Source: an uncultured virus (IMG/VR IMGVR_UViG_3300031539_000018) (taxonomy: Duplodnaviria > Heunggongvirae > Uroviricota > Caudoviricetes). From it: 64,000 nt of DNA. Numbering within the stretch: position 1 is the stretch's first letter; each line of letters begins with the position of its first letter. Both the position numbers and the translations under genes were made by a program. Where the stretch lies: positions 1-64,000 of IMG/VR virus record IMGVR_UViG_3300031539_000018. One strand, written 5' to 3'. This document shows positions 19,754 to 29,925 of the stretch, in pieces. The notes under the pieces are model-generated. The model saw nothing but the letters and a program-made list of their open reading frames with translations. It searched no databases and had not been told where the DNA came from.

Positions 19754-21265
19754 ATGAGTAACGGTGATTCGACGCCAGCACAAAGAGAGGGAAGCCGTGT
19801 GTTTCTCATCGAGGGCCGGGCACGCGGCGACCATACGCCGGAGTATATGGGGTGTATGAGGGCAGGACCGATAGACTGGTCCCTAGGTGCTGTGACCAAG
19901 ATCGACTGTCCTTCCGACAAACAGTATAGGAAGTTTGTAGAGAGGGGCAAGAGCAAGGCCGATGCAGACAGACCCACGACATCACTTGTGGGGTTGTTCG
20001 CGGCGGACCTGGAAAGTACGTTGATCCGGTTGGCCAAGACCGGGTGCGCGGTGGACCTGCATTACCATCTTGGGGAGTGCACGGACCCGACGCTGTTTAA
20101 CGTATTCCAGCAGGCCATCGTCTGGGAGGATGTGGACCTGACGAACTACTCCGCGGACGACCTGGGCGCTCTGGACGGGAGTGAGACTGGCAAGGTGAAC
20201 GAGACCAGCGAACTTTCCGCCAGGGAGTTCTATCAGGTGCTGCCTCTCGCCTTTGCGGAGGTGGCGGCGACCGTTGTGACCAACGAGGTCATCGACGTGG
20301 TGGTCTGTGACAGTATATCGTGCGGAGAGTGCATAGGCCAGTCCGGGGGGTGTGAGAGGGTCTATGCGGTGACCCTGGCTGCGGGTGGGTCTCCGGGTAC
20401 GCCTGCCGACGTGGTGTATACGCTGGACGGCGGGGCGAACTGGAATACCAGTGAGATTGATTCACTTGGCGCGACGGAGGACCCCACGGGCCTGGCGTGC
20501 CTGGCGGGGTACATGGTAGTGGTTTCGGCAGACTCGTGCAGCCTGCATTACGTCTTACAGGCCGATCTGGACGCAGTGGGCGGCGAGACCTGGGTGCAGA
20601 ACGTCACCGGGTTTGTGGACAAGGGCACGGGCACCTGCCCGCTGGATATCTGGTCTGTGGGCAACTACGCCTTCATCTCCGCTGAGGGCGGGTACGTCTA
20701 CGGCACCGCTGACCCGACGGCGGGCGTGGTCATCCTGGAGGCCGGCAACGCGGTAACTAATGCGTTGTGGGCCATTCACGCCATGAACCGGAACGTCTGC
20801 GTGGCCGTGGGCAGTGCGGGCGCGGTGATCCGGACACTGAACGGCGGGGATACGTGGCAGCACATGAGCGCACCTGTGGGCATCGGCACGTCTCTCCAGT
20901 CGGTATGGGTCAAGACCGAGACAGAGTGGTGGGTTGGCTCCAGTGATGGGCGGCTGTTCGAGACCCTGGACGGCGGCAATACATGGAACCTGCGGGCGGA
21001 CTGGGCGGGCGGCACTGTCTACGACATCGCGTTTTCCTCGGACAACGTGATGACCGTTGCGCATACCACGGCGGCTGGGGTGGGCCGGCTACTGCGCAGC
21101 TACAATGGCGGCAACAGCTTCGTGGTATTGCCGGAGGGCGTAGGGGCCTTGCCTGCCAGTGCCAGGCTGAACGCCATCGCCCTGTGCGAGAACGATGTCA
21201 ATGTGGTCGCTGCGGTTGGGTTGGACGGCGGCGCAGACGGCATCATACTCTGGGGCGAGGACTAG
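19754..21265 (+). CDS. putative major tail (tube) protein with C-terminal Asp-box beta-propeller
   Basis: Repeated TLDGGANW / TLNGGDTW / TLDGGNTW / SYNGGNSF BNR motifs; directly upstream of the chaperone and tape measure genes. Confidence 0.65.
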   Translation: MSNGDSTPAQREGSRVFLIEGRARGDHTPEYMGCMRAGPIDWSLGAVTKIDCPSDKQYRKFVERGKSKADADRPTTSLVGLFAADLESTLIRLAKTGCAVDLHYHLGECTDPTLFNVFQQAIVWEDVDLTNYSADDLGALDGSETGKVNETSELSAREFYQVLPLAFAEVAATVVTNEVIDVVVCDSISCGECIGQSGGCERVYAVTLAAGGSPGTPADVVYTLDGGANWNTSEIDSLGATEDPTGLACLAGYMVVVSADSCSLHYVLQADLDAVGGETWVQNVTGFVDKGTGTCPLDIWSVGNYAFISAEGGYVYGTADPTAGVVILEAGNAVTNALWAIHAMNRNVCVAVGSAGAVIRTLNGGDTWQHMSAPVGIGTSLQSVWVKTETEWWVGSSDGRLFETLDGGNTWNLRADWAGGTVYDIAFSSDNVMTVAHTTAAGVGRLLRSYNGGNSFVVLPEGVGALPASARLNAIALCENDVNVVAAVGLDGGADGIILWGED

Positions 21266-21304
21266 GCAAGCGTGTCATAACTATGTGAAAGGGAGGACCT
21301 TCCC

Positions 21305-21859
21305 ATGACAGCAGACAAGAAAGCAAAGCGCACAAAGCGTATCAAGGAGAAGAAGGGGCTGTCTCCTGCTGCAATGGCGGCTATCGAGACCGCCAAGAAG
21401 ATGCGTGAGGCGGAACAGCCCACGGAGGTGACGCTGATCGGCGGGGTCACGGCCATCCTGCATCCTGTGGCCCCGTCGCTGATTCAGGACGTGCAGTTGC
21501 GCATCGAGGACCCCCCGGTTCCGCGGGTCTGGATTCAGGACAAGGACCGGGAGGAGGAGAACCCTAGTGACCCGTCATACCTGGCAGGTCTGGAGCGCGC
21601 TTCGCAGGAGCGGGAGGTAGCGGTTTTGGATGCCTTTGTCATGATGGGCGTGGAGCTGCCAAAGGGGTACGAGATACCCCCGTCCTGGATCAAGCAGCTC
21701 AAGATGCTGGGGCTGGAATTCGATGAGGACGACCCTGACGAGGTAGAGTTCGTCTTCAAGAAGTACCATACCAGCAACTCCGTCCTGATGAAGTTGACTG
21801 TGATGTCAGGCATTCGAGAGGAGGACATAGCCGGATTCCGCGACCTTTTTCGCGGTTAG
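21305..21859 (+). CDS. tail assembly chaperone (G-like)
   Basis: Position before the tape measure gene; ends in slippery CTT TTT CGC. Confidence 0.7.
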   Translation: MTADKKAKRTKRIKEKKGLSPAAMAAIETAKKMREAEQPTEVTLIGGVTAILHPVAPSLIQDVQLRIEDPPVPRVWIQDKDREEENPSDPSYLAGLERASQEREVAVLDAFVMMGVELPKGYEIPPSWIKQLKMLGLEFDEDDPDEVEFVFKKYHTSNSVLMKLTVMSGIREEDIAGFRDLFRG

Positions 21860-22127
21860 GCGGCACGGCAGACCCATCCGGGACTATCCGCTTGCAGATG
21901 CGGTAATGACGGGTATCACGGCCTCCACGCACTTCATGCAGTGGGAGGCCGCTAACGCGGCGGGGTTGGACCTGCGCCTCTGGGATGCGGGTTTCTACCC
22001 TAAGCGGTTCATGGCCAAGGTATTGGCATGGCACGAGGGCCATGAGCTAATCGAACAGCACAAGCAATCCGCGCTGCTCAAGGACGCGGAACGCAAGGCC
22101 AAGCGGGCGAAGCAGAAAGGGCGGTAG
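21849..22127 (+). CDS. tail assembly chaperone T-like frame (probably reached by frameshift)
   Basis: +1 frame open from 21831 to 22127 with no clear SD before ATG 21906. Confidence 0.6.
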   Translation, partial: FAVRRHGRPIRDYPLADAVMTGITASTHFMQWEAANAAGLDLRLWDAGFYPKRFMAKVLAWHEGHELIEQHKQSALLKDAERKAKRAKQKGR

Positions 22128-24650
22128 ATGGCCATAGAGACCATCGGCGTCCGGGTAGTGGTCGAGGGCGCTGAGAAGGCAGTCAGTGACCTGAACAGGG
22201 TCAATAAGGCAGCGGGTTCCCTTGGCGGCGCAGCCGCAGCTACCGCTTCACCTTTGGGCATCCTAGCGGGTGCGCTAGCCAACGTGGGCCAGATCGCCGC
22301 GGGCATCATCAGCGCACAACTCTTCACCAACTTGGTTGAGGGCCTCAAGAGCGTGGCTCAGGAGGCCCTTTTTGGTGCGGGCCGTGTCGAGGAGCTTGAG
22401 ATAATTCTGGAGTTACTGGGCACCAGGGCGGGGTACGGCACGGCCCAGCTCTACAAGTGGCGTGATGCTGTGGTGGACGCTGGGATTCGCACCGACGTAG
22501 CCACAAAGCTCCTGGCTCAATTCATACGCTATCAGATTGATGCGGCTCAGGCCGTGGAGCTAGCCAATGTGGCCCAGGACGCGGCGGTGTTCGCTCAGCA
22601 GGACAGCACCGAGGCCCTGGACGGCTTGCTGCACGGTATTCTCACGCAAAGGTCCATCGTCCTACGGACCTATGGCGTCCAGGTCGATTTCAACCGAGCC
22701 TATGCAGAGTATGGCGACCTCATTGGCAAGGCTGCTGATGAACTGGACGCCAACGAGCGCGTACAGGCGGCCCTAAACGCAGTCCTCCAGCAGGGCGTGT
22801 CCATCACCGGATCCTATGAAGCGGCGATGGGAACCTGGTCTAAGATGTGGCGCACGCTGACGGGAAGGCTCATCCCGGAGATGATCTGGCAGTTGGGCGG
22901 GCCGTTTCAGCAGGCCATGGGTTCAGTGGTTTTTGCCATTGCGGACTTTGTTGAGGGCCTGACCGCTGCGGTATCGGAGGGTGGGTCATTGCGCCCCATC
23001 CTCGATGGGCTGGCCAGTGCAGCTATGCGCCTCTTAGCCCCACTTATCGCCATCGTCCGTGTCATATCCTCGTACCTTGGCGCGGCCAATGCCGCCAAGG
23101 CTGTAACCAGTGACTGGGACATGAAGATGGCGGATATGAGAAGGCCTACGGAGAAGGTCACTGAGGTCATTGCTCAATTAGGTGACCAGTGGGCCAAGGA
23201 AGGCAAGAAGATCGCTGATGTTACCAGGGACCTCACTAAGTCCATAACGCGCATGTGGGATGACCATGGACGCCAATTGGCAAAGAGCATCTTCGACTTC
23301 AACCTGAGCCGGTTGCGGGATGAGTTGGACTGGCAGAAGCGCAGGGAGAGGGAGCTTGGGGAACACAACCGCAAGATGGCGGATATGTACGCGGAGCTGA
23401 ATGAGTTGCGCACGGGCAAGCGCCGCCAAGAGATCAAGGCCCAGATGCAGGATGAGCAGAAGAATTACGGGGCTCAGCGTGCACAGTTTGAGCAGTTGCT
23501 TGGCGAGGCCCAGTCCGATGAGGAGCGCCTGCGCATTCAGGGTTGGCTCGATGCCCTTCAGGCAGAGCACCAGGGCCAGCAGGACGTGCTCCAGGAGGAG
23601 ATGACCGCCATAGACGCAGAGCAGGCGCTATTGGAGAAGCGCATCGCTATGGAGGAGCGGGCCTTCGAGCAGCGCCGGGACTTGGAGGCTGAGGACCGGC
23701 GTGTCCGCATGGCACGGGAAGATGAGGATTTCGCGCGTCGCACAACCAGGGACGAAGAAGAGGTACGGCGCCGGGAGGAGCTGCAACGTGAGGAGTCCAG
23801 GGAGCGGATAGCGATCATACAGGAGCAGATCGCCGATGAGAAGGCGGCCAAACTGGCATCCTATCAAGAGCAGCAGGCCATGCTCACTCAGTCCGTAGGT
23901 GACCAGCAGGGCATCCTCAAGGGGTTCACGGACGACCAGGAGACGCTGGTGGGGGAGTGGACCAAGACCTTCGAGGGTTTCATCCCCACCATCAGGGACG
24001 AGCTGATCCCGACGCTGAACGATATGCTGGGCGCGTGGAGCGTGTTCTCCACGGAGATGTGGCCAATACTCAAGCCCATCCTGGAGTTCCTGGGCAGGCT
24101 TATCCTGCCCGTGATCAATGCAGAGATGGACAAGCTCACGCGCATGATGGCGCAGGCGGCCATCGTCATCTGGGCCAATGAGGTAGCACTCAAGGGTTTC
24201 AACCGCGTGACCGCGTACATGGCTGAGGTCTTACGTGACGCTTGGGAGGAGGCCCAAAAGATTGCGGGCCGTTTCTACGAAGTGGGCGCAGGCATCGTTC
24301 AGGGCATCATCGATGGCGTCAATGGGATGTGGCAACATATCATAAACCGGGTGCGGGACCTGGCAGAAGCCATCATCTATGAAATCAAATTGAGACTGGG
24401 CATGGGGTCGCCGTCCAAGGTGTTCATAGGCATGGGCCAGGAGATTTCGCGTTCCTTGGCAGAGGGCATCCGGTCTATGGGAGACCTGCCAGCCTTGCAG
24501 ATGGGTCAGGTGACGTTGGGGACGCTGGCCGCCGTGCCCGCGTCCACAACCAGCGTCAGCAACCAGTACAACCTGAATATGACCTCACTTGCGCCCACGT
24601 CCACCGTGGCTGCGGACTTCCATCTGATGCAGGTCATGGCGAAGGGCTAG
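22128..24650 (+). CDS. tape measure protein
   Basis: 840 aa, Ala/Leu-rich helical with a long coiled coil; C-terminal LGMGSPSKVF motif. Confidence 0.9.
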   Translation: MAIETIGVRVVVEGAEKAVSDLNRVNKAAGSLGGAAAATASPLGILAGALANVGQIAAGIISAQLFTNLVEGLKSVAQEALFGAGRVEELEIILELLGTRAGYGTAQLYKWRDAVVDAGIRTDVATKLLAQFIRYQIDAAQAVELANVAQDAAVFAQQDSTEALDGLLHGILTQRSIVLRTYGVQVDFNRAYAEYGDLIGKAADELDANERVQAALNAVLQQGVSITGSYEAAMGTWSKMWRTLTGRLIPEMIWQLGGPFQQAMGSVVFAIADFVEGLTAAVSEGGSLRPILDGLASAAMRLLAPLIAIVRVISSYLGAANAAKAVTSDWDMKMADMRRPTEKVTEVIAQLGDQWAKEGKKIADVTRDLTKSITRMWDDHGRQLAKSIFDFNLSRLRDELDWQKRRERELGEHNRKMADMYAELNELRTGKRRQEIKAQMQDEQKNYGAQRAQFEQLLGEAQSDEERLRIQGWLDALQAEHQGQQDVLQEEMTAIDAEQALLEKRIAMEERAFEQRRDLEAEDRRVRMAREDEDFARRTTRDEEEVRRREELQREESRERIAIIQEQIADEKAAKLASYQEQQAMLTQSVGDQQGILKGFTDDQETLVGEWTKTFEGFIPTIRDELIPTLNDMLGAWSVFSTEMWPILKPILEFLGRLILPVINAEMDKLTRMMAQAAIVIWANEVALKGFNRVTAYMAEVLRDAWEEAQKIAGRFYEVGAGIVQGIIDGVNGMWQHIINRVRDLAEAIIYEIKLRLGMGSPSKVFIGMGQEISRSLAEGIRSMGDLPALQMGQVTLGTLAAVPASTTSVSNQYNLNMTSLAPTSTVAADFHLMQVMAKG

Positions 24651-24719
24651 AACCGCATCCTGGGGCGCTGTAGTAGCCCAGGGCGGTTTTTAGGGTGAAA
24701 CAGGTAGCGGGGCTAGGGT

Positions 24720-24950
24720 ATGGGAGAGAAAACGGCTGGGGGGCCGCAGGCGAGGGTCTTCCGGCTCGTCAGGACGGAGGACGTGAGCGGGGTCAGTGGC
24801 ACCGGGATTGTGGCCGATGGCGTGGTGTTCCCTGACGGCGTGACAGTGCTGCGGTGGAGGACCGTGGGGGGCAGCACGGCCATTTATGACTCCGTGGAGA
24901 GCGTAGAACGGATACACGGCCATGACGGGAGCACGAGGCTGGTATGGTGA
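24720..24950 (+). CDS. small phage protein
   Basis: FRLVRTEDVSGVSGTGIVADGVVFPDG...IHGHDGST reads as a real compact phage protein. Confidence 0.6.
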   Translation: MGEKTAGGPQARVFRLVRTEDVSGVSGTGIVADGVVFPDGVTVLRWRTVGGSTAIYDSVESVERIHGHDGSTRLVW

Positions 24951-24981
24951 GTCTTTTGCGCAAAAGGAAACCGGGGCCTTT

Positions 24982-25015
24982 CTTTTGCGGGCAAAACATC
25001 TCAGGGGGCAATAAT
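24982..25015 (+). promoter_or_regulatory. phage-specific promoter motif
   Basis: CTTTTGCGGGCAAAAC; AATAAT starts 28 bp after the first C. Confidence 0.5.
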
Positions 25016-25043
25016 ATGAGCAAAAGGGTTGATGGAGGGCATC

Positions 25044-27386
25044 ATGGTCAAGAAGCGATTGGCTCTTGCGAGTGCCCTGCTACTGGCGGTGCTCATAGTC
25101 GCCGTGGTGGTGGGGGGTAGGGACATGGGCATTTGTGACATCAAGTATGAGCTGATAACGCCGGACGGCCAGACGTTTAACTTCTGGGGCGTGGGCCGTG
25201 CGCCAGGCTCAGAGGCCACCTTGCAGGCCCACGAGGGCTTTGGCCTGCCACCGGTGCGGCATGTCACCCAGGACATCTACAACGTGCCGGGCAACCTCCT
25301 GGTAGACGTGGTGGTGCAGGGCCGTACCGTGACCATCACCGAATCGGTCTATGCCACGGACGCAACGCGCAAGGGGCTACACAAGGCCCTGGCGGAGATA
25401 TGGGATGCCGTGCGTTGGGACCGTGGGGCCACAAGGACCACGCCAAGCATCCTGCGGTACACAGTGGACGGCAACAGTTGGGACCTGTACGTCGTCCTGT
25501 CAGGCGTCGTAGAGGGGCGCCAGGGCCGCTATGGCCGCAATGAGATCGTGGGCCTGCGGTTTGAGGCACACGACCCGCTGTGGTGGGACGACGCGGAAAG
25601 CCTATTGACGCTGGACTGGCAGGATGCGTTTACAAGTCGCTACATCCTGGGCAAGATCGGCGGGGTTTGGGATCCGATGGGGCCGCCAACCGCAGGCGGG
25701 ACCGTGAGCACGATCGCCGTCAACCCGGACACGGGCGATGTCGTGGTCGGTGGCACGTTTGCGGCCTGGGATGGGTTGCCGGGTGTCACCGGTGACAACG
25801 TCGTTATGTGGGACGTGTCGGCGCAGGCGTGGGTAGCGATTGGCGGGGGCCTGAATAGCTCAGTTCGCGTCCTGTACTTTGCGACGGACGGCACATTGTA
25901 CGCTGGCGGTGCATTCACCGACGGGTCGGGCGGCGCAGGTGATCCGGCGGCGGACTACATCGCACAGTATGACGTGCTCACGGACACCTGGGTCAACGTG
26001 GGCGGCGGTCCTGGGGTTGGAGCCGTCACCGACGTTTGGGACATCGTAGAGGGGTACGACGGCCAGCTATACGTTATAGGCGACTTTACGAACTGGGACG
26101 GCCTGGGTTCGCCAACAGGAGATCACATCGTCCAGTTGCCGCTAGGTGGGGCCTGGGCCACTGTGGGCAACGGCTTAAATCAAATGGCCTATACCGGGGT
26201 GATCGCGCTTAATGGCAACCTGATCGTCGGGGGCTTCTTTGGCATAGCGGGGGGCGTCCCGTGTAGCTATATCGCAGAGTGGGACGGCACCGCGTGGGCA
26301 CCATTGGGGGCCGGGACCAACGGCACGGTCCTGGACGCGGTCTTTGGACTAGACGGCACACTGTTCGCCTGCGGCGTGTTCACCACGGCGGGCGGGCAGA
26401 CCGTGAACTACGTCGCGTCTTGGAATGGCACAAGCTGGAGCGACTTAGACGGCGGTTTTGATTCGCAGGCGTGGAGAATGGCGGTCGCCGATGATGGGAC
26501 ATTATACGTGGTGGGGGCATTCGCACAGGCGGGTGCATTGACGTTGACTGACCGGGCGGCGCGTTGGAACGGGTTTTCCTGGGCACACCTGGCGTTTGAC
26601 TTGCCGGGTGCGCCAACAGTGCGGGCCGTGGCCGTGGATGGTGAGGACTTGTACTTCGGTTGGGACAACGTGGGCACGGTTCTAGTAGCCGGGGACAACA
26701 GCGTTGTCACCACAGGATCGGCGGCGACGTTGCCAGTTATTGAGATCAAGAATCAAGGGCTTGTGCGGTCCATCCGCAACGAGACCACCGGTGATGAACT
26801 ACTTTTCGACATGCAGATGCTTGACGGCGAGATCGTCATTGTGGACCTGAGCACAGGCCGCAAAACCGTCACATCAAACCGGCGGGGCAACCGTCTGAAT
26901 GGGTTGATACCGCCAGGCGTAGGGGCCTTCGAGCTGGAGTCCTACCCACGGGCCTACTATGGGGGGACTGTGAAGGGCACGAACCTCATAACCGTGTTCA
27001 TCACGGACGCGGATCCCAGGGAGCACAACGATGACAACAACCAGCTCTCCGATTGGGCTAACGTCACCGGGATTAAGCAGACCAACACGGACCTGGGGCG
27101 GTTGTACGTGACAATCGTGGACGAAGGGGCCGGGGCGAACTTTCACGTGGAGTTTTACCAGGATGCGGCTAGGACTGAGCTTGTGGGCCACACGGGCAGT
27201 TATCCGAACTTGTTTGCAGGACCTATAGCGATCGTGGCTGACAACACAAGCGGTCTGGGGGGGTCTATCACAGTGGACGCCACGGTCGCTGCGGACGTTG
27301 ACATTGAGGTCTATTTTACGATTGTCACCATGACCTGGCACAACAAGTGGTGGTCGGTGGATGAGGCCATTCTAGCCGCAGAATGA
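25044..27386 (+). CDS. distal tail (Dit-like) protein with inserted beta-propeller repeats
   Basis: GFGLPPV...LRFEAHDPLW and PVIEIKN...IVDLSTGRKTV Dit-like halves flanking repeated LYAGGAFT...IAxWDG..W..LGGG units; alternative start at 25125. Confidence 0.75.
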   Translation: MVKKRLALASALLLAVLIVAVVVGGRDMGICDIKYELITPDGQTFNFWGVGRAPGSEATLQAHEGFGLPPVRHVTQDIYNVPGNLLVDVVVQGRTVTITESVYATDATRKGLHKALAEIWDAVRWDRGATRTTPSILRYTVDGNSWDLYVVLSGVVEGRQGRYGRNEIVGLRFEAHDPLWWDDAESLLTLDWQDAFTSRYILGKIGGVWDPMGPPTAGGTVSTIAVNPDTGDVVVGGTFAAWDGLPGVTGDNVVMWDVSAQAWVAIGGGLNSSVRVLYFATDGTLYAGGAFTDGSGGAGDPAADYIAQYDVLTDTWVNVGGGPGVGAVTDVWDIVEGYDGQLYVIGDFTNWDGLGSPTGDHIVQLPLGGAWATVGNGLNQMAYTGVIALNGNLIVGGFFGIAGGVPCSYIAEWDGTAWAPLGAGTNGTVLDAVFGLDGTLFACGVFTTAGGQTVNYVASWNGTSWSDLDGGFDSQAWRMAVADDGTLYVVGAFAQAGALTLTDRAARWNGFSWAHLAFDLPGAPTVRAVAVDGEDLYFGWDNVGTVLVAGDNSVVTTGSAATLPVIEIKNQGLVRSIRNETTGDELLFDMQMLDGEIVIVDLSTGRKTVTSNRRGNRLNGLIPPGVGAFELESYPRAYYGGTVKGTNLITVFITDADPREHNDDNNQLSDWANVTGIKQTNTDLGRLYVTIVDEGAGANFHVEFYQDAARTELVGHTGSYPNLFAGPIAIVADNTSGLGGSITVDATVAADVDIEVYFTIVTMTWHNKWWSVDEAILAAE

Positions 27387-27398
27387 TTGTGAGGGGCT

Positions 27399-28517
27399 AT
27401 GCCCGCTGAATATGAGGTACACCTGCTGGAGGCCGCCAGGGACAACCTTCTGGATGTCATTGACGATTTCGAGACCCTGTCCTATGCTCAGCGGGTCAAT
27501 GAGGTGGGCGCATTTGGCCTCTCGGTGTGGGCGGATAGCTTCAACATCACCTTTGCACACCTGGACGGGCGGATCGTAGTATGGCGGAAGCCGGAAGGCG
27601 GACGCCGCTACATCGACTTTGCGGGCCTCATTCGGGGCGTGACCCGCCAGTATCGAGGGGGCAAGCAGCAGGTCACGCTCTCCGGCGTAGGGTACAATGA
27701 CCTTCTGCGGCGTCGTGTGGTGGCGTATGCAGCTACTACCTCGGGGGCCAGGAAGGCGGACCAGGCCGACGACATGATGAAGGTTGTCGTGAGGGAGAAC
27801 CTGGGCGCCTCCGCCGTTGCGGGCCGGGACCTCTCAGGCTGGGGCTTCACGGTGCAGGCCGACGTGTCAGCCGGGACCATCGTGCGGGGCGACTTTGCCT
27901 ACCAGGTCGTGCTGGACACGCTACAGGGCATCTCAGACGCCAGTCGTCAGACCCCGGCGACGCAGAGCTTCTTTGGCATCGTGCCCATCAACAGCGGATG
28001 GGAGATGCAGTTTCGTACCAACGTGCCGCAGTGGGGACAGGACCACAGCCACCCCAGCGGTGAGCATGGCCCCGTGGTGTTCTCCCAGGAGTACGAGAAC
28101 ATGGCCAACCCGGTGCTGGAGTGGGACCGGCACGATGAGGTAACAGTGGTTTACGGCGGGGGGCAGGGTGAGGACCTGGCCAAGCCGGTCATCTGGGTGG
28201 CCGATGCAGCACGCGAGGGCGAAAGCCCGCTCAACCGCTGCGAGACCTTTAAGAGCATCACCAGCGGGGCGGGAACTACATTGGAGCTGATAGATGGGGC
28301 CAATGCCCGACTGGATGAGGGCCAGGGCAAGCGGCGGTTCACCTTCGATGTGGTAGAGATCCCCAGCACATTGTACGGCCTGCACTGGGGCTTTGGGGAC
28401 CTGGTAACGGCGGTCTACGCGGGCGAGCAGTGGGACCTGCATGTGGCAGCGGTGGAGGTCACAGTGGAGGGCAAGGTGGAGACCATCACTCCGAGATTTG
28501 AGGAGTTTGCAGGGTGA
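27399..28517 (+). CDS. siphovirus tail hub protein (ReqiPepy6 Gp37-like)
   Basis: LSYAQRVNEVGAFGL...VYGGGQGE...YGLHWGFGDLVT motifs; follows Dit. Confidence 0.8.
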   Translation: MPAEYEVHLLEAARDNLLDVIDDFETLSYAQRVNEVGAFGLSVWADSFNITFAHLDGRIVVWRKPEGGRRYIDFAGLIRGVTRQYRGGKQQVTLSGVGYNDLLRRRVVAYAATTSGARKADQADDMMKVVVRENLGASAVAGRDLSGWGFTVQADVSAGTIVRGDFAYQVVLDTLQGISDASRQTPATQSFFGIVPINSGWEMQFRTNVPQWGQDHSHPSGEHGPVVFSQEYENMANPVLEWDRHDEVTVVYGGGQGEDLAKPVIWVADAAREGESPLNRCETFKSITSGAGTTLELIDGANARLDEGQGKRRFTFDVVEIPSTLYGLHWGFGDLVTAVYAGEQWDLHVAAVEVTVEGKVETITPRFEEFAG

Positions 28518-29197
28518 GCGCTACCGTAGAGCAACTGATAGCCGGGGTGACCACGTTGGAGCAGGGCATCAGGGCGCTTGAGGTCCGGGAACGTCCCTTG
28601 GCCTTGCGTGGCTGGCGCGATGACTTTTTGGGTGATGCCTTCCACGAGCAATATGACCTGCGCACCGTTGGTGCTGCAAGCTCTATACTACTCCAGAACA
28701 ACGCCCACGGCGGTGTGGTCAGGCTCCAGACCGATGCCAATATAGCCGACTACGCCCGCATCATGCTTGGGGACCAGGCCTATGCCTTCAACACCCTGGA
28801 TGCAGACGAAGGCTGGTGCATGATAGGGCGCTACAAACTATCGCACACCACGAACATCCTGGTTGATATGTTCGTGACGGATGCCTTGTTGAACCGCATC
28901 CACGTCACCGCCGATACCACTGTCGGGGCCAACTGGTATCTGCGCACGTACGACAATATTGGCCTGGAAAACTGGGCCGACAGTGGCGTGGCTATTGACA
29001 CTGACTGGCACGTTCACCGCCTGGAGGTTACGTCGGGCCGTGCGGAGCACTTCATGGATGGGGCGCTCATCAACTACACGACTGTCAAGATCCCAACGGT
29101 GGTCGAGACGGGCAACGTCCGCTGCTTAGCCAGGGCGGCGGCGGTACGCTACATGGACCTGGATTATTGGGATGTGATACCGAGAAACCTGCAATGA
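28514..29197 (+). CDS. putative receptor-binding tail protein, paralog 1
   Basis: N-terminal coiled coil then WRDDFLG...DTDWHVHRLE lectin-like domain. Confidence 0.6.
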   Translation: MSATVEQLIAGVTTLEQGIRALEVRERPLALRGWRDDFLGDAFHEQYDLRTVGAASSILLQNNAHGGVVRLQTDANIADYARIMLGDQAYAFNTLDADEGWCMIGRYKLSHTTNILVDMFVTDALLNRIHVTADTTVGANWYLRTYDNIGLENWADSGVAIDTDWHVHRLEVTSGRAEHFMDGALINYTTVKIPTVVETGNVRCLARAAAVRYMDLDYWDVIPRNLQ

Positions 29198-29895
29198 GCA
29201 ACACGACTGAGCAGTTGATAGCGCGTCTCAGTGCGGCACAGAAGAAGCTGAACGCCCTGGAGGCCCAGGAGCGGCCTTTGGCCTTGCGCGGTTGGCGTGA
29301 TGACTTTCTTGGGAAAAGTATTCACGAGCAGTACACCGCCGTGTCCGCCGGCGTAGGCAGTGGCGGTGCCTTGCTGAATAACTTCCATGGCGGGATGTAC
29401 GTGCTGACCGCAGGCGCTGGGGCAGGACGCTTTCACTACTTGTGGCTGGGCGATGCTGCTGATGGCTTTGCCACACTGGACGCGGATCTTGGTTGGGAGA
29501 TGATTGCGCGAATGAATATCAGTCACCTGACGAATATTGCGGGTGACTTCGGTGCAATTGATTCTGCGTCCAATAATGTCATTTTGGCTGGTATGAATAC
29601 GACTGCAGTAGCGAACAATTGGTTGCTACAGACCAGAACGGGTGGGGGTGTAGTCAATAGCGTGGACAGCGGGGTCGCTGCGGACACGGATCCCCACGTA
29701 CACAGGATAATGGCCTACCCTATTACTGGCGGGCTCAGGCAAGTAGACTACTTCCTGGATGGAACACGGATAGCCACTACCACGGTCTCCGTGCCTATAG
29801 CTGTATTGACGCCGTTAGCGCGTGCCTACGCGGCTGCTGCTGCCGCGCGTGCGTTGGGGTTGGACTTTTGGGCTGTGATACCAAGGAACCTATGA
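29194..29895 (+). CDS. putative receptor-binding tail protein, paralog 2
   Basis: Shares ERPLALRGWRDDFLG, TLDAD, DSGVA and VIPRNL with paralog 1. Confidence 0.6.
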   Translation: MSNTTEQLIARLSAAQKKLNALEAQERPLALRGWRDDFLGKSIHEQYTAVSAGVGSGGALLNNFHGGMYVLTAGAGAGRFHYLWLGDAADGFATLDADLGWEMIARMNISHLTNIAGDFGAIDSASNNVILAGMNTTAVANNWLLQTRTGGGVVNSVDSGVAADTDPHVHRIMAYPITGGLRQVDYFLDGTRIATTTVSVPIAVLTPLARAYAAAAAARALGLDFWAVIPRNL

Positions 29896-29925
29896 TGAGC
29901 GCTCTCGAAATGGAGGAGGTGCGTT

